From the IMG/VR virus record IMGVR_UViG_3300031994_000100: a DNA stretch of 64,000 nt. One strand, written 5' to 3'. The notes beneath the pieces are model-generated. The model had not been told where the DNA came from and did no database searches. It worked only from the letters and a program-made list of their open reading frames with translations. Within the stretch, counting starts at the first letter, position 1. Every line of letters starts with the position of its first letter. Position numbers and translations under genes: made by a program. Positions 19,390 through 29,487 of the stretch are shown here, piece after piece. The DNA comes from an uncultured virus (IMG/VR IMGVR_UViG_3300031994_000100) (taxonomy: Duplodnaviria > Heunggongvirae > Uroviricota > Caudoviricetes).

Positions 19390-19655
19390 TTCGACTCCTC
19401 CTCTTCATTCTCTCCGATTTTGGTGTTCAGAACCTGGGCCTTGACGCCGGCATTGATGATCTCCTTGTGGCTGGGTCCAAGCACCGCGTAGAGGTCGGCA
19501 ATCGCATAAACAACCAGCAGTCCACCGGCAACATGGCCGAGCCCGACCGCACCGGCGTTAAGTATGCAGAGCACGCCTGCGATGAACATCACGATGCCCT
19601 CAATCAAATTCCACACGTACACGCCATAGTAAACCGGCTTAGGCATTTCATTCAT
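19386..19655 (-). CDS. membrane protein
   Basis: Hydrophobic; GAGGAGG RBS. Confidence 0.6.
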   Translation of the reverse strand: MNEMPKPVYYGVYVWNLIEGIVMFIAGVLCILNAGAVGLGHVAGGLLVVYAIADLYAVLGPSHKEIINAGVKAQVLNTKIGENEEEESK

Positions 19656-19669
19656 ACAAACGCACCTCC

Positions 19670-19966
19670 TCAGTTGTACATGTCGATCAGCATATTGGTG
19701 TAGATCTTGACAAGGCGACTTTTACCGAAGCAGCTGAGCATCGGCGGTCGTGAGGTCCATCCCCCGTTGTTGAATAAAACCTCGGTCTCGCCATCCAGGT
19801 CCAGCGAAAGGTAGTGGATGTGGCCGTGGTCGCGCTTCTGCCTTGTGCGGAGTGATTTCTTATGTTCAGGCTCTCCGACCGTCACCGTCCAGGTAAGATA
19901 ATGAACTTTTCCGTCCGTATAACCGAAGGTGGCATACCCCTGCTTGGTATCATATGTATTCATCAT
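19670..19966 (-). CDS. hypothetical protein
   Basis: Coupled ORF. Confidence 0.55.
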   Translation of the reverse strand: MMNTYDTKQGYATFGYTDGKVHYLTWTVTVGEPEHKKSLRTRQKRDHGHIHYLSLDLDGETEVLFNNGGWTSRPPMLSCFGKSRLVKIYTNMLIDMYN

Positions 19967-20301
19967 AGCGGAAGCCCCTCCGGTCGCATAATCGTCAGGC
20001 CGTAGATTTTGGCGATCGCGTGTTCAGATGCACAGCCCTGGGATGTCTCCGCCCCCTCGCAGAAGTAAACTATGTCGGCCATGCTCATCACCTGGATGGC
20101 GTGGCTCAGGTAGGCGATCCGCTCATTGCGCCCCTGCTGCAGCTGGCGCGGAAGAATATAATTCCTCGTACTGAGAATCTCGATCGGGTCGTTCGTCATC
20201 GGCGCAATCCGACGGCGAATGTCCGCGGCCGCCTGCTGATATACCTGCTCGATTTCTTCCTTGGTTTTACCGTCCATGGGCTGACTTACGAAAATCTTCA
20301 T
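19963..20301 (-). CDS. DUF4406/nucleoside deoxyribosyltransferase-like protein
   Basis: IFVSQPMDGKT..ADIVYF..SQGCASEHAIAKIYG pattern. Confidence 0.6.
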   Translation of the reverse strand: MKIFVSQPMDGKTKEEIEQVYQQAAADIRRRIAPMTNDPIEILSTRNYILPRQLQQGRNERIAYLSHAIQVMSMADIVYFCEGAETSQGCASEHAIAKIYGLTIMRPEGLPL

Positions 20302-20321
20302 ATTAAATATCCTCCTTTTAA

Positions 20322-21125
20322 TTACAGCATGGCTTCCAGTTTGGCGAGTTCATCCTCAACCAGTGCAATGGCGGCCCTGACCTGGGCAACCTGATCGCGG
20401 AAACGCTGGCTGATCTGCTTTTCGATCATGGAAGCGTCAATTTCGATCGTGATTTTGTTCGGCTCAACGGGTTTGGGCATCGGATAAAGCGGAATACGGT
20501 CGTTCATCGTCCACCCAGCTTCTTTGCCAGGGTCTGCAGCGGGAATCCCGAGCTTTTCAGCCACTTCCGTATACGTCACAGTTCCTCTTTTCTCCAGTTC
20601 CTTGTTAACGGCATCCTGAGCTTCTTTGACTGCTGCCTCCTGCGCCCGGACAACGGCCGAGCTGAGGGAATCGTAATAGGGGTGGTTCTCATCCCTCTTA
20701 GCTTCGGCAGCGGACTTCTGCCCGGTTTTACTGCTCCTCCGCTTGAGGATTCCGCCGTGGCTGACGTAGTATTCAACCTGATTCGACGGGATCATGTAAG
20801 CCGGCGCTCCGGGAGTGGAGCGGTCCAACTCCACGTCGGTAAAGATTCCATTGTGAATAGCCCGGTTCACCGTGTTCCGGGAAACGTTCAGGCGACTGGC
20901 AGCGTTGGCAATGGTGTAATAATTATTCATATCGATTTCCTCCTTATTTTGTCCCTCATGAATGATCTCATCCGTTCCGTGGTAACCGCATTCCGGGCAA
21001 ACATAATGGTAGATGGTTTTATCCGTCCTGTCCTCGCTTGTCATCGCCGTTGGCCGGAAGTATGCGTCGCATCTGTCGCACTGAATCCAGCCTGCACCTT
21101 TGGAGTCCTCCGTCGCCATGATCAT
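20322..21125 (-). CDS. zinc ribbon + HTH DNA-binding protein
   Basis: CDRC..CPEC; YTIANAASRLNVSRNTVNRAI. A second internal RBS precedes MNNYY, so an inner start is possible. Confidence 0.65.
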   Translation of the reverse strand: MIMATEDSKGAGWIQCDRCDAYFRPTAMTSEDRTDKTIYHYVCPECGYHGTDEIIHEGQNKEEIDMNNYYTIANAASRLNVSRNTVNRAIHNGIFTDVELDRSTPGAPAYMIPSNQVEYYVSHGGILKRRSSKTGQKSAAEAKRDENHPYYDSLSSAVVRAQEAAVKEAQDAVNKELEKRGTVTYTEVAEKLGIPAADPGKEAGWTMNDRIPLYPMPKPVEPNKITIEIDASMIEKQISQRFRDQVAQVRAAIALVEDELAKLEAML

Positions 21126-21204
21126 TTTGACCAGTCCGCCTTTCTTCTATTTGTGCCAAAAGAAAAGAGAGCCCGCATTTCTGCGAACTCTCGTTCCCGG
21201 TTCC

Positions 21205-21534
21205 TCAGTAGACTTCCGGTTCGTCATCGGAAGGTCCCACTGATTCGGCAGACGACTGATCCATTGCATCCCATCGCTCGTTGATGAGATCGCCTGTCCA
21301 GCTCAGGTCACGGTCCTCGACGGGAGCCAGCGAATCCTCACTGCCGCCTTCCTTGCTGCGCCTGTAGAGCAGATATCCTCCGCCCACAGCCGCAGCAGTT
21401 CCGACTGCCAGCGGGACCGCGTGGTCCTTCGTCCAGTTCCAGACCATCCTGGCCCGGTGCTTCATCCGAGCGCCGAAGCCCTGAATCTGTGCCTTGTTGA
21501 TCATAGTTTCCTTCATTATCGATTCCTCCTTCAA
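21205..21534 (-). CDS. membrane-anchored cassette gene
   Basis: Lies between motif copy 21548-21572 and a terminator at about 21157-21192. Confidence 0.6.
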   Translation of the reverse strand: MKEESIMKETMINKAQIQGFGARMKHRARMVWNWTKDHAVPLAVGTAAAVGGGYLLYRRSKEGGSEDSLAPVEDRDLSWTGDLINERWDAMDQSSAESVGPSDDEPEVY

Positions 21535-21724
21535 TCTTTATAGGTTCCATTAAGCGATGTGTAATTTTCGCGAATTGATTCTGCGCAGCTGTCGTCTTGA
21601 ACCCTGTTTTCAAGCATCGATGCAAAGCGCTGAGCCTCTTCTATGGTGATCCGTCCGGTCTTAATCGCATTCCATAGCAAACAGACGATGACGGTTCTGC
21701 TTTTTGAAGATCCGTGATTCATGC

Positions 21725-22312
21725 TCATCCTCCAAGTCCGGGGAACGGACATTCCCACACAAAGTCCATATAGGTTCCTCCGCGGAAACTTGTTGCCTCG
21801 ACTAACTCGCCATTCTTGAAGGAATATCCCTGATAAAAGCCGATTCCCTGTTCAACAACATAGATTTTGATGGAGATTTCATATTCCTTAGACCATTCCT
21901 GATAACTTTCCGGTTCAACACTCCACGCAGCCTTAAACGGCAGTACGACCAGCCAGTCCTTACAGTCCTTTCTCAGTGCCGAAAGGGGAATATCTTCTGC
22001 TGCATAGACCGGCAGATGGACAATCCCCTTATTCCAGTGCTCAACGCTCACCAGATGATCGTCATAGTCGTCAAACTCGATGAAATTGCGGTGAGTGTCC
22101 CGAATCCAGATGGTTTCAGCCCGTTCCATCTCGATTTCGTCGTCATCTCTCCAGTCCCACTTGAGCGGGCGTTCCTCGTAATCAGAATCTTCGAGGGGTT
22201 TGCTGGCCGGAACAGGCTTGCGTACCACCGCGACCAGCCGCTCGTTCATAAACCGTCCGATGTTTTCACGCTTTCCTCTCAGCTTGAGACTCCCAACGGC
22301 CCAGTTCGGCAT
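21725..22312 (-). CDS. hypothetical protein (YubB/DUF1281-like)
   Basis: MPNWAVGSLKLRG N-terminus; FKAAWS motif. Confidence 0.55.
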   Translation of the reverse strand: MPNWAVGSLKLRGKRENIGRFMNERLVAVVRKPVPASKPLEDSDYEERPLKWDWRDDDEIEMERAETIWIRDTHRNFIEFDDYDDHLVSVEHWNKGIVHLPVYAAEDIPLSALRKDCKDWLVVLPFKAAWSVEPESYQEWSKEYEISIKIYVVEQGIGFYQGYSFKNGELVEATSFRGGTYMDFVWECPFPGLGG

Positions 22313-22476
22313 GATAAGATCCCTCCTTACTTAAAAAACGATCAGTGTGTCAGATCTTGGATAATGTTTTTGCATATACCGGATGCACCTGGTTCCGATC
22401 CGCCGCCATCGCGCCTTTCGGTAAGCTTTTCTGTAAAAGTTCCAAATAATGTTGCCTTCCAGGTCAATGTGAATCG

Positions 22477-23247
22477 TCATGTCATTGGATACCTCCCCGC
22501 GATCGGCTTGCCTGTGTTGTCCCGTTCGGTTACTTCCTGCCCCAACGGGTAGCAGTCGTCAAACAGGATCTGGATGCGCTTCTGCAGCTCGACGCACAGC
22601 GGGATCATGATCTCGCGGATCTGCGGATGGGCGTCATTGGCGCAGCGTAGCTTGAATACATTGCGCCATTCCCGGTAGTTGGCGGTCATGACGACCTCGG
22701 TTTTCAGGCTGTTTGGCAGCACAGCACGCGCCTCTTGCGGAGTGGCTCCAAGATCGAGAAGCTGGAAATATCTATCTTCCATTATTTTGCAGGTATTGTA
22801 CCAGACGACATACCGCTTCGTGATGTTTGAACTGCTTGGCGCCGCCTGCAGAAATTCGCGGTCTCTGATGCGGATAATATCATCTTCGTTTCGATCCGCA
22901 TAGAAGCACGGCTCAATCACGGTGATTGAGTTACCGAATTTGTCTTTGCCGTAATTGCAATACCTTGTACTCTCCTGAGCGTAGCTTGCAATCCGGTGCC
23001 TCACAAGCTCGTGGCTGACACCCCGATCACAGATGAATTTCACACTCAGACTCCCGTGCTCCAGCATGGCTTCATGCCCGCTTTTGATGAGGTTTTTCAC
23101 GAGCTTTTTTGCGGATTCTCCATCCGGGGAAATTTTGTCCTCGCTTTTGTAACAGGTCCTGGCAGCCAGCTCGATTTTCTGCAGCTCCTCAATACCTCCG
23201 TCGGAGATAGGCGTAAGAATTTCATATCCGGGCTTAATAATATTCAT
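22477..23247 (-). CDS. thyX: FAD-dependent thymidylate synthase
   Basis: ARTCYKS, GHEAMLEH, HELVRHRIASYAQESTRY, ARAVLP and AHPQIRE. Confidence 0.95.
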   Translation of the reverse strand: MNIIKPGYEILTPISDGGIEELQKIELAARTCYKSEDKISPDGESAKKLVKNLIKSGHEAMLEHGSLSVKFICDRGVSHELVRHRIASYAQESTRYCNYGKDKFGNSITVIEPCFYADRNEDDIIRIRDREFLQAAPSSSNITKRYVVWYNTCKIMEDRYFQLLDLGATPQEARAVLPNSLKTEVVMTANYREWRNVFKLRCANDAHPQIREIMIPLCVELQKRIQILFDDCYPLGQEVTERDNTGKPIAGRYPMT

Positions 23248-23250
23248 CGT

Positions 23251-23607
23251 TCAAAGTTCCTCCTTTTCCGTGTCTGCCAAAAACTGCATAATTCTCCCAA
23301 CAGCTCTGCTTGCGCAGTCATACCTCGTAAGTAAAGTTTCGCGGGTCCAGCCAACTTTCTCGCCGTTGTCTATTTTTTGGATCAGATCGTTGCAAATGTC
23401 GGCTTCTTTTTCCTGCCAGGCCAATTCGGCCGACAAAGCCCGTTTGTAGGCGTCGTCACTTACGTCGATTATATGTTCTTCTCCAAGCCAGTCGATCATT
23501 CGAAGCCGTGTGTTAATATCCGACATGCCGATTGTCTGAAAGGCTTTGTACCACACATCATAGAATTTCTCGTCTGACAGGGTTCCGAGCCATTCTTTGT
23601 TTGTCAT
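23251..23607 (-). CDS. hypothetical protein
   Basis: Coupled ORF. Confidence 0.55.
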   Translation of the reverse strand: MTNKEWLGTLSDEKFYDVWYKAFQTIGMSDINTRLRMIDWLGEEHIIDVSDDAYKRALSAELAWQEKEADICNDLIQKIDNGEKVGWTRETLLTRYDCASRAVGRIMQFLADTEKEEL

Positions 23608-24701
23608 AGTTTCTCCATTCTGTCCTTCTGGTCGGACACATAAACGCCGCTTGCAAACTCGGGAATGACGATATCCTCCCGGCCGTTGACTGTGTCGAGC
23701 TTTCCGTCCGTATAGTTCAGCTGGGTGAACACGAGGTTGATCTTCGGATCGATGCGGAAGAGCGAAGCGTCATCCTTAATACGTCCGTACAAGTGGTCAA
23801 GGTCAAGTTTGCCGAATCGAAGAGCTCCCTGAAACTCGTTTTCTCCGTTTGTCGTATCAACAATATCGGGATTGATCTCCGCTTTTTCGCATTCCGCCTC
23901 CATCGGTCCCGCACCGTGGCGCGTGGCATAACTTCGGGATACGTAGAACAGCTCCGGATTCTCTCCGGCCGCGTAATCAGAGAGATGGTATGCCAGATCA
24001 TGAATATAGTCGCTGCCAGTGCAGGAAGGCGTCAGATGTGGATAGGAGTCTATGTTATTCTGACTCAGCATCAGCCCCTGGCCGCCTTCGAATATCATTC
24101 GGTCATAGTTTTTCTCCTGAATAAGTTCGTAAATGTACCTGATTTTGCAATGCTTCATGATCCACTGTCTGGCAGCCAGAAGCATTTCTGCGTTATAGAT
24201 CTCGTCGACAAACGGGCCATATTTCTTTTCGACTGCGAGGAGTTTCGGCATGAGTGCCTGTTCATGGTCAACAAGATCCTTGATCCGAATATCGTATCGT
24301 CCTCCCTGCTTTGACCGCTGAACTGCCTCGTACAGTCCGAATCCGCAGGATCCGTGTCGTTCGTTTCCGCGTTCCCGCTCTTTTTTCCGGTTTGTAATTA
24401 CATCGCAGGGAAGAATTACGCGGCACATCGGGTCGATAATCGGTGTGGCTTGTGTAATCAGGAGTGAAATCGGATCCACCACGAATCGATGATGATAATA
24501 GGTGTCCGATCCGTATTTGGTTCCGGCGGCCATGCACCGGTGGACCTCTCCTTCAAATGTATGCGCTCTCTGGGATGTACCATTGTAAAATACCGTCAGA
24601 ACTTTTTCATTTGAAAGGGATGCCTCACGAGCGAGACATCCCGAAACCAGACCCTTACCTTCATCGCCGTAGTTGGCTCCGATCACTGCCTGAATTTTCA
24701 C
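23604..24701 (-). CDS. divergent adenylosuccinate synthetase-like protein
   Basis: GANYGDEGKG, HGSCGFG, FEGGQGLML, YPHLTPS and TRHGAGP. Confidence 0.8.
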   Translation of the reverse strand: MKIQAVIGANYGDEGKGLVSGCLAREASLSNEKVLTVFYNGTSQRAHTFEGEVHRCMAAGTKYGSDTYYHHRFVVDPISLLITQATPIIDPMCRVILPCDVITNRKKERERGNERHGSCGFGLYEAVQRSKQGGRYDIRIKDLVDHEQALMPKLLAVEKKYGPFVDEIYNAEMLLAARQWIMKHCKIRYIYELIQEKNYDRMIFEGGQGLMLSQNNIDSYPHLTPSCTGSDYIHDLAYHLSDYAAGENPELFYVSRSYATRHGAGPMEAECEKAEINPDIVDTTNGENEFQGALRFGKLDLDHLYGRIKDDASLFRIDPKINLVFTQLNYTDGKLDTVNGREDIVIPEFASGVYVSDQKDRMEKL

Positions 24702-25576
24702 CAGCTGATTCCCTCCTTATTTTCTTTCACGAAGAAATCGTCTTTCTGTGCAAGACAGTCATCCACGATCTGCCCGATGACCTTTGGCAGGTCCTCGCTC
24801 TTGGCAAATAGACATCTCTGGCCAAGCAGCTTGCCCCAACTATCGCGGATCTTATTCTCATAGCAAGAGAAAGACGATTCTTTATCCGTAATAGCAATAT
24901 GATAAATATCAAACTTTTTGAGGGCCTCTTCGTAGAGGGGTTCCGTATCCACATCCTTCAAATCCGACGATCTCTGCCGGTCGAGTGTAGCGTTCAGGGC
25001 CTTTCCGGGAAGATATGGATTCAGAGGTTCGTCGCCCATGGTGATGATGAGTCCCTTTTTTCCGCGCTTCCAGCAATCCAGGTCCGTGTGATGAAGTCCG
25101 AAGTACCATGCAGCCGTATAAGATTCAAATTCGTTTCCACCACCGCCGTGCTCGAACCAAATTTTAGTCGTCTGATCCATGATCCGGACATCGCTTTCAA
25201 ACTGCGTAGCTTGAATCGGCGCCCTGTCATAGGCAAGATCCCCGATTCCCATCATCATGAATTCGATATCGTTTACCTTTCCGTAGAGCTCCGTCATGAT
25301 TTCATCCAGCTTGGCTGCACAGTTCTTGGTCGCAAGCCCCATACTGCCGGTCACGTCCAGCGCCAGAATCACTGGGAAGGTGTTCGGATGCTCCTCTGAG
25401 TCCCGGCACTCGCGAATGACGCCGTTCGGGTCCAGCTCCTTGGCCAGACCCGTGGAATCATAAATCTGAGTCGTGTTGAGTTTCAAAAGATCGTCCAGAC
25501 TTCTGACGTTGAGTGCCGAATATTTTGCTGTGACATAATTGGTTGCCGATGTTGTTGTCCAGGTTCCGCCACCCAT
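24698..25576 (-). CDS. vWA domain protein
   Basis: MIDAS-like LDVTGSMG; QFESD, GGGGNEFESY and TMGDE. Confidence 0.8.
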   Translation of the reverse strand: MGGGTWTTTSATNYVTAKYSALNVRSLDDLLKLNTTQIYDSTGLAKELDPNGVIRECRDSEEHPNTFPVILALDVTGSMGLATKNCAAKLDEIMTELYGKVNDIEFMMMGIGDLAYDRAPIQATQFESDVRIMDQTTKIWFEHGGGGNEFESYTAAWYFGLHHTDLDCWKRGKKGLIITMGDEPLNPYLPGKALNATLDRQRSSDLKDVDTEPLYEEALKKFDIYHIAITDKESSFSCYENKIRDSWGKLLGQRCLFAKSEDLPKVIGQIVDDCLAQKDDFFVKENKEGISW

Positions 25577-26187
25577 TATTCCTCATCCTCCTCTTCTTCG
25601 GTTCCGTCCGTAATATCTTCATCTTCGTCCATATCAAACATACCATCGAAGATGCTGCCACACCCTCCGTTCATCATCATGAGCATCGGGAGCATGCTAC
25701 TTCCGCTTCCGTCCGTACCAGCGCCGAAGCCTTTGCCGCCGAGCATTTCGCTCATCATCATGTATTTGATCATGTTGTTCATGCCCTTGCCCTTGCCGAA
25801 CATGTTTCCGAACACGGAAATGATCTTTCCATAGAAATACTGCTTCCCCATAAACATATGCCGCTCAGGAACCAGCACATCGATCGTCCCATCCTCGTAA
25901 CTAAAGGTCTTGATTTCGTTCTTGTTGACTTCGAGCACGCATCTGGGTTTTCCACCAGCAAGAATAATATCTCCGCGTTCCACCTTGTTCGTCGGGATCA
26001 CGAAGAAGAAATCCTCGCCCACGTCGAAGGCGAATTGGTCGCAGTTAGTCAGCCGTCCGGTATTGACATCGTAGGACTTGTAGCCTGAGCTGGTCTTAAT
26101 CGCGATCTTGCCACTCATAGACACACGGCACATTCCGGGAGCAACCTTACCAAACAATTTGTTCATATCGTTAAAAAGATTCATCAT
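25576..26187 (-). CDS. hypothetical protein with Met/Gly-rich C-terminus
   Basis: Start ATG 26187 after AGGAG; stop overlaps the vWA start. Confidence 0.7.
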   Translation of the reverse strand: MMNLFNDMNKLFGKVAPGMCRVSMSGKIAIKTSSGYKSYDVNTGRLTNCDQFAFDVGEDFFFVIPTNKVERGDIILAGGKPRCVLEVNKNEIKTFSYEDGTIDVLVPERHMFMGKQYFYGKIISVFGNMFGKGKGMNNMIKYMMMSEMLGGKGFGAGTDGSGSSMLPMLMMMNGGCGSIFDGMFDMDEDEDITDGTEEEEDEE

Positions 26188-26231
26188 TTTATTCTCTCCT
26201 TTATTATTATCAATATAGTTAAAATATGTGT

Positions 26232-26816
26232 TCACTTTTCTGTATTGCAAGGCCACTTAAAACCGAAGTCCGATCTTTTGATCTTGCACTGAGGTTCACC
26301 GTCTTTCCAGAACACGATTCCCTCAATTTCATGTTGTTCCAGATAATCACGCAGCCCTTCAAAAGTTCTTGGCACATCAAGTTCTGTTATGCCATGCTTA
26401 ATGAGCGTGTCCTTTTCCAGATGATACGGATTACCTTGAAAATGTGGGCCAACAGCTTCATATGTTCCCCATTCCAGATAGTCCGCCTCGTTCAGTGCAT
26501 TTTTTAGCGCAACAACATGCCAATGAGAAGCCGGGTCTTTGAAATTCACCTTCACCCAATGAGGCCAATGCCCCGTAACCGGGTCCGGGTCACTGCACGG
26601 AATTGCGCCTTCTGGCGGTTTCTTGCCTTTCTTTGCGTCATAACGCTTGTAGAAAAAGCCATCGATGAGTGCACAGCAAGTGCCGTCTATCTTTTCCGTC
26701 GCAGTTCCTTCGCCATCTAATACCCACTGCAATTCCGGTGAAGTCAGCACTGGCTTTATTCCAACCACCTTATGATCCGCATACTCTCTTTCAAAAAGTG
26801 TAGGTATCTTTTTCAT
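26232..26816 (-). CDS. RNA ligase-like nucleotidyltransferase (DUF5565-like)
   Basis: Motif I ATEKIDGT; TYEAVG, EGIVF and CKIKRSDF. Confidence 0.7.
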   Translation of the reverse strand: MKKIPTLFEREYADHKVVGIKPVLTSPELQWVLDGEGTATEKIDGTCCALIDGFFYKRYDAKKGKKPPEGAIPCSDPDPVTGHWPHWVKVNFKDPASHWHVVALKNALNEADYLEWGTYEAVGPHFQGNPYHLEKDTLIKHGITELDVPRTFEGLRDYLEQHEIEGIVFWKDGEPQCKIKRSDFGFKWPCNTEK

Positions 26817-27020
26817 TATTGCTCCCTCCGTTCCTAAAGTGTTATTTAAGTGATTTCATATTTTGTACTCTTTAGAGTGTTTTCAATCCAGTTGCTCCAA
26901 GTGATGCGCAATAGACCGAAGTTCTAACGCAATGCGACAAAGAATGATACTAACGACGATAGCCCCAGAACTAATTATTAAACTGATAAGTGTCATTCTC
27001 ATCTCACTACCTTATGCTAT

Positions 27021-27308
27021 TCAATAATTAAGCTTTGTCCTTGCATAATATTCGGTTATTTCTGATAATGGTACGACTGTTACGTCTTTTACACACGTTT
27101 GTCCTTCGCAAAAATCACTTAAGAAACTTATTGTTTCATAATCAGAATCGCTTTGGCAAAAAACAACCTCTTCAAGCAATTCCCATTCATCATCATAATC
27201 ATAACTATATTTTTGCCGAAAAAATGCTACTACATTTTGTGGAAAAGTATTTTTCCAATATGCTCTAACCGCATCTGCGATATAGTCATAACTATTTTTT
27301 TCAATCAT
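27021..27308 (-). CDS. hypothetical protein (AT-rich block)
   Basis: 95-aa ORF. Confidence 0.6.
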   Translation of the reverse strand: MIEKNSYDYIADAVRAYWKNTFPQNVVAFFRQKYSYDYDDEWELLEEVVFCQSDSDYETISFLSDFCEGQTCVKDVTVVPLSEITEYYARTKLNY

Positions 27309-27448
27309 TTTCGCTTCACCGCCCGTATTAAAGTGTTATTTTAGTTTCAGCCCCGTTTCCGGGGCGATGCTACTGAAACGGGTCATTAACATCGTAATAT
27401 TTCCCGGTCATTTTATATCACCCCTTTCACGATGTAATAAGGTGTTAT

Positions 27449-27823
27449 TTAAATCGTTTTAATTGCTTGAACTATGTAATCGACAACTTCTTTTACTTGC
27501 TGAACTGTCCAAGTAACATTATCAAATGTTGCTGTTTTAGCTATAAGCATTTCAATACTAGTTGATTTTCCTGGAAGAAAGATCGACAATACGATCATAA
27601 GTAATCCAAGGATTCCAGCTATGATAGCCCATTTTTTAAATATTTTCATATAACACTCATTTCTCCTATATACTTCTACTTGATACACATTATACATCCA
27701 TCCAATTGTCAAGCCAACGAAAGTAGCTATGCATACTCCGCCTAAAATTCCAAAAACAGTTTGTGCAATACTTAAAACGTTAATCCAATAAAAGACTTGT
27801 GGGGCAATAATGTAGTTTGTCAT
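27449..27823 (-). CDS. membrane protein (AT-rich block)
   Basis: Two TM segments; stop overlaps a TTAAATAACAC site. Confidence 0.65.
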   Translation of the reverse strand: MTNYIIAPQVFYWINVLSIAQTVFGILGGVCIATFVGLTIGWMYNVYQVEVYRRNECYMKIFKKWAIIAGILGLLMIVLSIFLPGKSTSIEMLIAKTATFDNVTWTVQQVKEVVDYIVQAIKTI

Positions 27824-28016
27824 TTTTCTTCTCTTTCCTTTCTTGACGAAACATACTGGTCGATATATTTTTCAAGTATATCGGATACACATTCGTCTAG
27901 GCTTTGCTCTTTCAATTCCGCCAAATCTCTCAATATGCGAAAACTGCTACACATTAATTCGATTTCCATTGATTCCGTTATTCGTGGCATTGTTTATATC
28001 TCCCTTATGGTGTTAT

Positions 28017-28190
28017 TTATTTCTCGAAGTAAACGTTGAACAAATCTTTTAATTCTTCAACCCACTTTTTAGGGATTGACATATTTGCATCTGTGTACCG
28101 TTCAATTGCATCCAGTATGTCCTTTGCTCGTCTTGAATCATGAACCCATCTTGGCTCTAAACCAAGTGGAGGCTTTTTCAATTCACTCAT
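28017..28190 (-). CDS. small hypothetical protein (MSELKKPPLGLEP...)
   Basis: 57-aa ORF read by hand; GAGAGG RBS; junction sites on both sides. Confidence 0.55.
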   Translation of the reverse strand: MSELKKPPLGLEPRWVHDSRRAKDILDAIERYTDANMSIPKKWVEELKDLFNVYFEK

Positions 28191-28239
28191 CTTATTTACC
28201 TCTCTTGTCGTGTTAATTTAAATCAGAATGAGCACAAAC

Positions 28240-28350
28240 TGGCTGCGCCGGTGAGGATTTGCACCTCACAGTTCGAGATGGACGTGGGCCTGACGTCTCG
28301 AATCACTCCCACTGCTTTGCCATTGCGTTTACCTATTCCGCCACGGCGCA
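28240..28350 (-). ncRNA. tRNA-like RNA 1 (no canonical anticodon arm)
   Basis: 7-bp acceptor TGCGCCG/CGGCGCA + GCCA; D-arm GCGGAATAGGTAAACGC; T-arm GTGAGG-TGCAAAT-CCTCAC. Confidence 0.7.
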
Positions 28351-28419
28351 TGGATTAAGTGTTATTTCGAAAAAGAAATGAGAGTCCGCCAAATAGCGGA
28401 ACTCTCGTCCCGGTTCGTC

Positions 28420-28731
28420 TCACAACCTCGGCCCAGGAATCCATCTTTCAAGACTCTTGGGCAGCACGTGCCCTTTTGCATCGAAGACCATCACCGCGCC
28501 CAGGGCGGCCGCGACGCCGACGATCTTGAGCACCTCGACCCAGACTTCTTTAGGGATCTTCGCGTTACTCCTAAACGTTTCACGCATCTTGATCACCTTG
28601 TCAAGCTGGGATTCGAGCCGATCAAATTCATCACCGTCCGCATCCTCCATCCTGGCTGCCAGTTCAGCAGCCTTTCGATCCAGAGCAGCACAAACCTTCT
28701 GCTTTGCCCACCAGGTTTTCTTCTTTTTCAT
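28420..28731 (-). CDS. hypothetical cassette gene
   Basis: Lies between motif copy 28760-28784 and a terminator at about 28370-28407. Confidence 0.6.
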   Translation of the reverse strand: MKKKKTWWAKQKVCAALDRKAAELAARMEDADGDEFDRLESQLDKVIKMRETFRSNAKIPKEVWVEVLKIVGVAAALGAVMVFDAKGHVLPKSLERWIPGPRL

Positions 28732-28761
28732 ACCTGAATACCTCCTTTGTAATACGTTCCA

Positions 28762-29280
28762 TTAAGAAACCTGATTTTCTCGCGCATTTTCGGTCTCCAT
28801 AAGCTTCTTCTTCCGTCGGTATTCCCGGTTTCTGATCCGGTTGTCCTCGTTTGCTTCCCGTTCGTCGGCTCGCTGCCGAACAATCTCCTTCAGTGCCTTT
28901 ACGCCTCGCTCGCCCATGGCCACCGGTGTGTAATATCCACGCCGGTAAAGGTTTTCCACGTCGTTCATAACCGCGTTTGGCTGCCTGGAATACTGGTTGA
29001 CCGCCAGCGCGCTTTCGTAATCTTTAATTGCGCGTTCGTACACGGCTTTCACCAGGTTAATGGCGCCTTCGGTGCTTATGTCTTCAGGATGTTCAAACTT
29101 TTTATTGATCATTCGGCTGTTTTTGGTAAACCTTTTGTGTTCCCACGCTGATTCCGCCTCCTCCGGTGTGGAATAAAGCCTGGTCGCCAGCATGCATTGG
29201 CCGCATGTAACGAGCCATTTTTCTTTTTCGTATACTGACCTGCTTGCCTCTACAGGCCGTCCGCATTTGCAAAACTTCAT
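28762..29280 (-). CDS. zinc-finger protein (Lar-like N-terminus)
   Basis: CKCG..CGQC..TPEEAESAW. Confidence 0.55.
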   Translation of the reverse strand: MKFCKCGRPVEASRSVYEKEKWLVTCGQCMLATRLYSTPEEAESAWEHKRFTKNSRMINKKFEHPEDISTEGAINLVKAVYERAIKDYESALAVNQYSRQPNAVMNDVENLYRRGYYTPVAMGERGVKALKEIVRQRADEREANEDNRIRNREYRRKKKLMETENARENQVS

Positions 29281-29474
29281 CGCCTTTTCCCTCCTTTTGT
29301 CTTTTGCTCCATGAAAATATCCACCGGTGAGGATGACCGGAGCCGCTCAATTTCCATCACCGCTTCGCCAAAGGTTTTGAAGAAATTTCGAAAGCGCCCC
29401 TGTACATACAGGTCATAAATTTCGGATTTCTCCGTATAGCGGATTTCGAAATCATCAGCCGTCAGGTGATTCAT
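29277..29474 (-). CDS. hypothetical protein
   Basis: AGGAGG RBS. Confidence 0.55.
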   Translation of the reverse strand: MNHLTADDFEIRYTEKSEIYDLYVQGRFRNFFKTFGEAVMEIERLRSSSPVDIFMEQKTKGGKRR

Positions 29475-29487
29475 TTCATTCGCCTCC

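Noticed and set aside
23604..24701. PurZ / 2-aminoadenine (Z) genome pathway
   Set aside because: Retains the PurA-type GDEGKG aspartate rather than the PurZ serine motif; no DatZ/MazZ-like partner recognised nearby.
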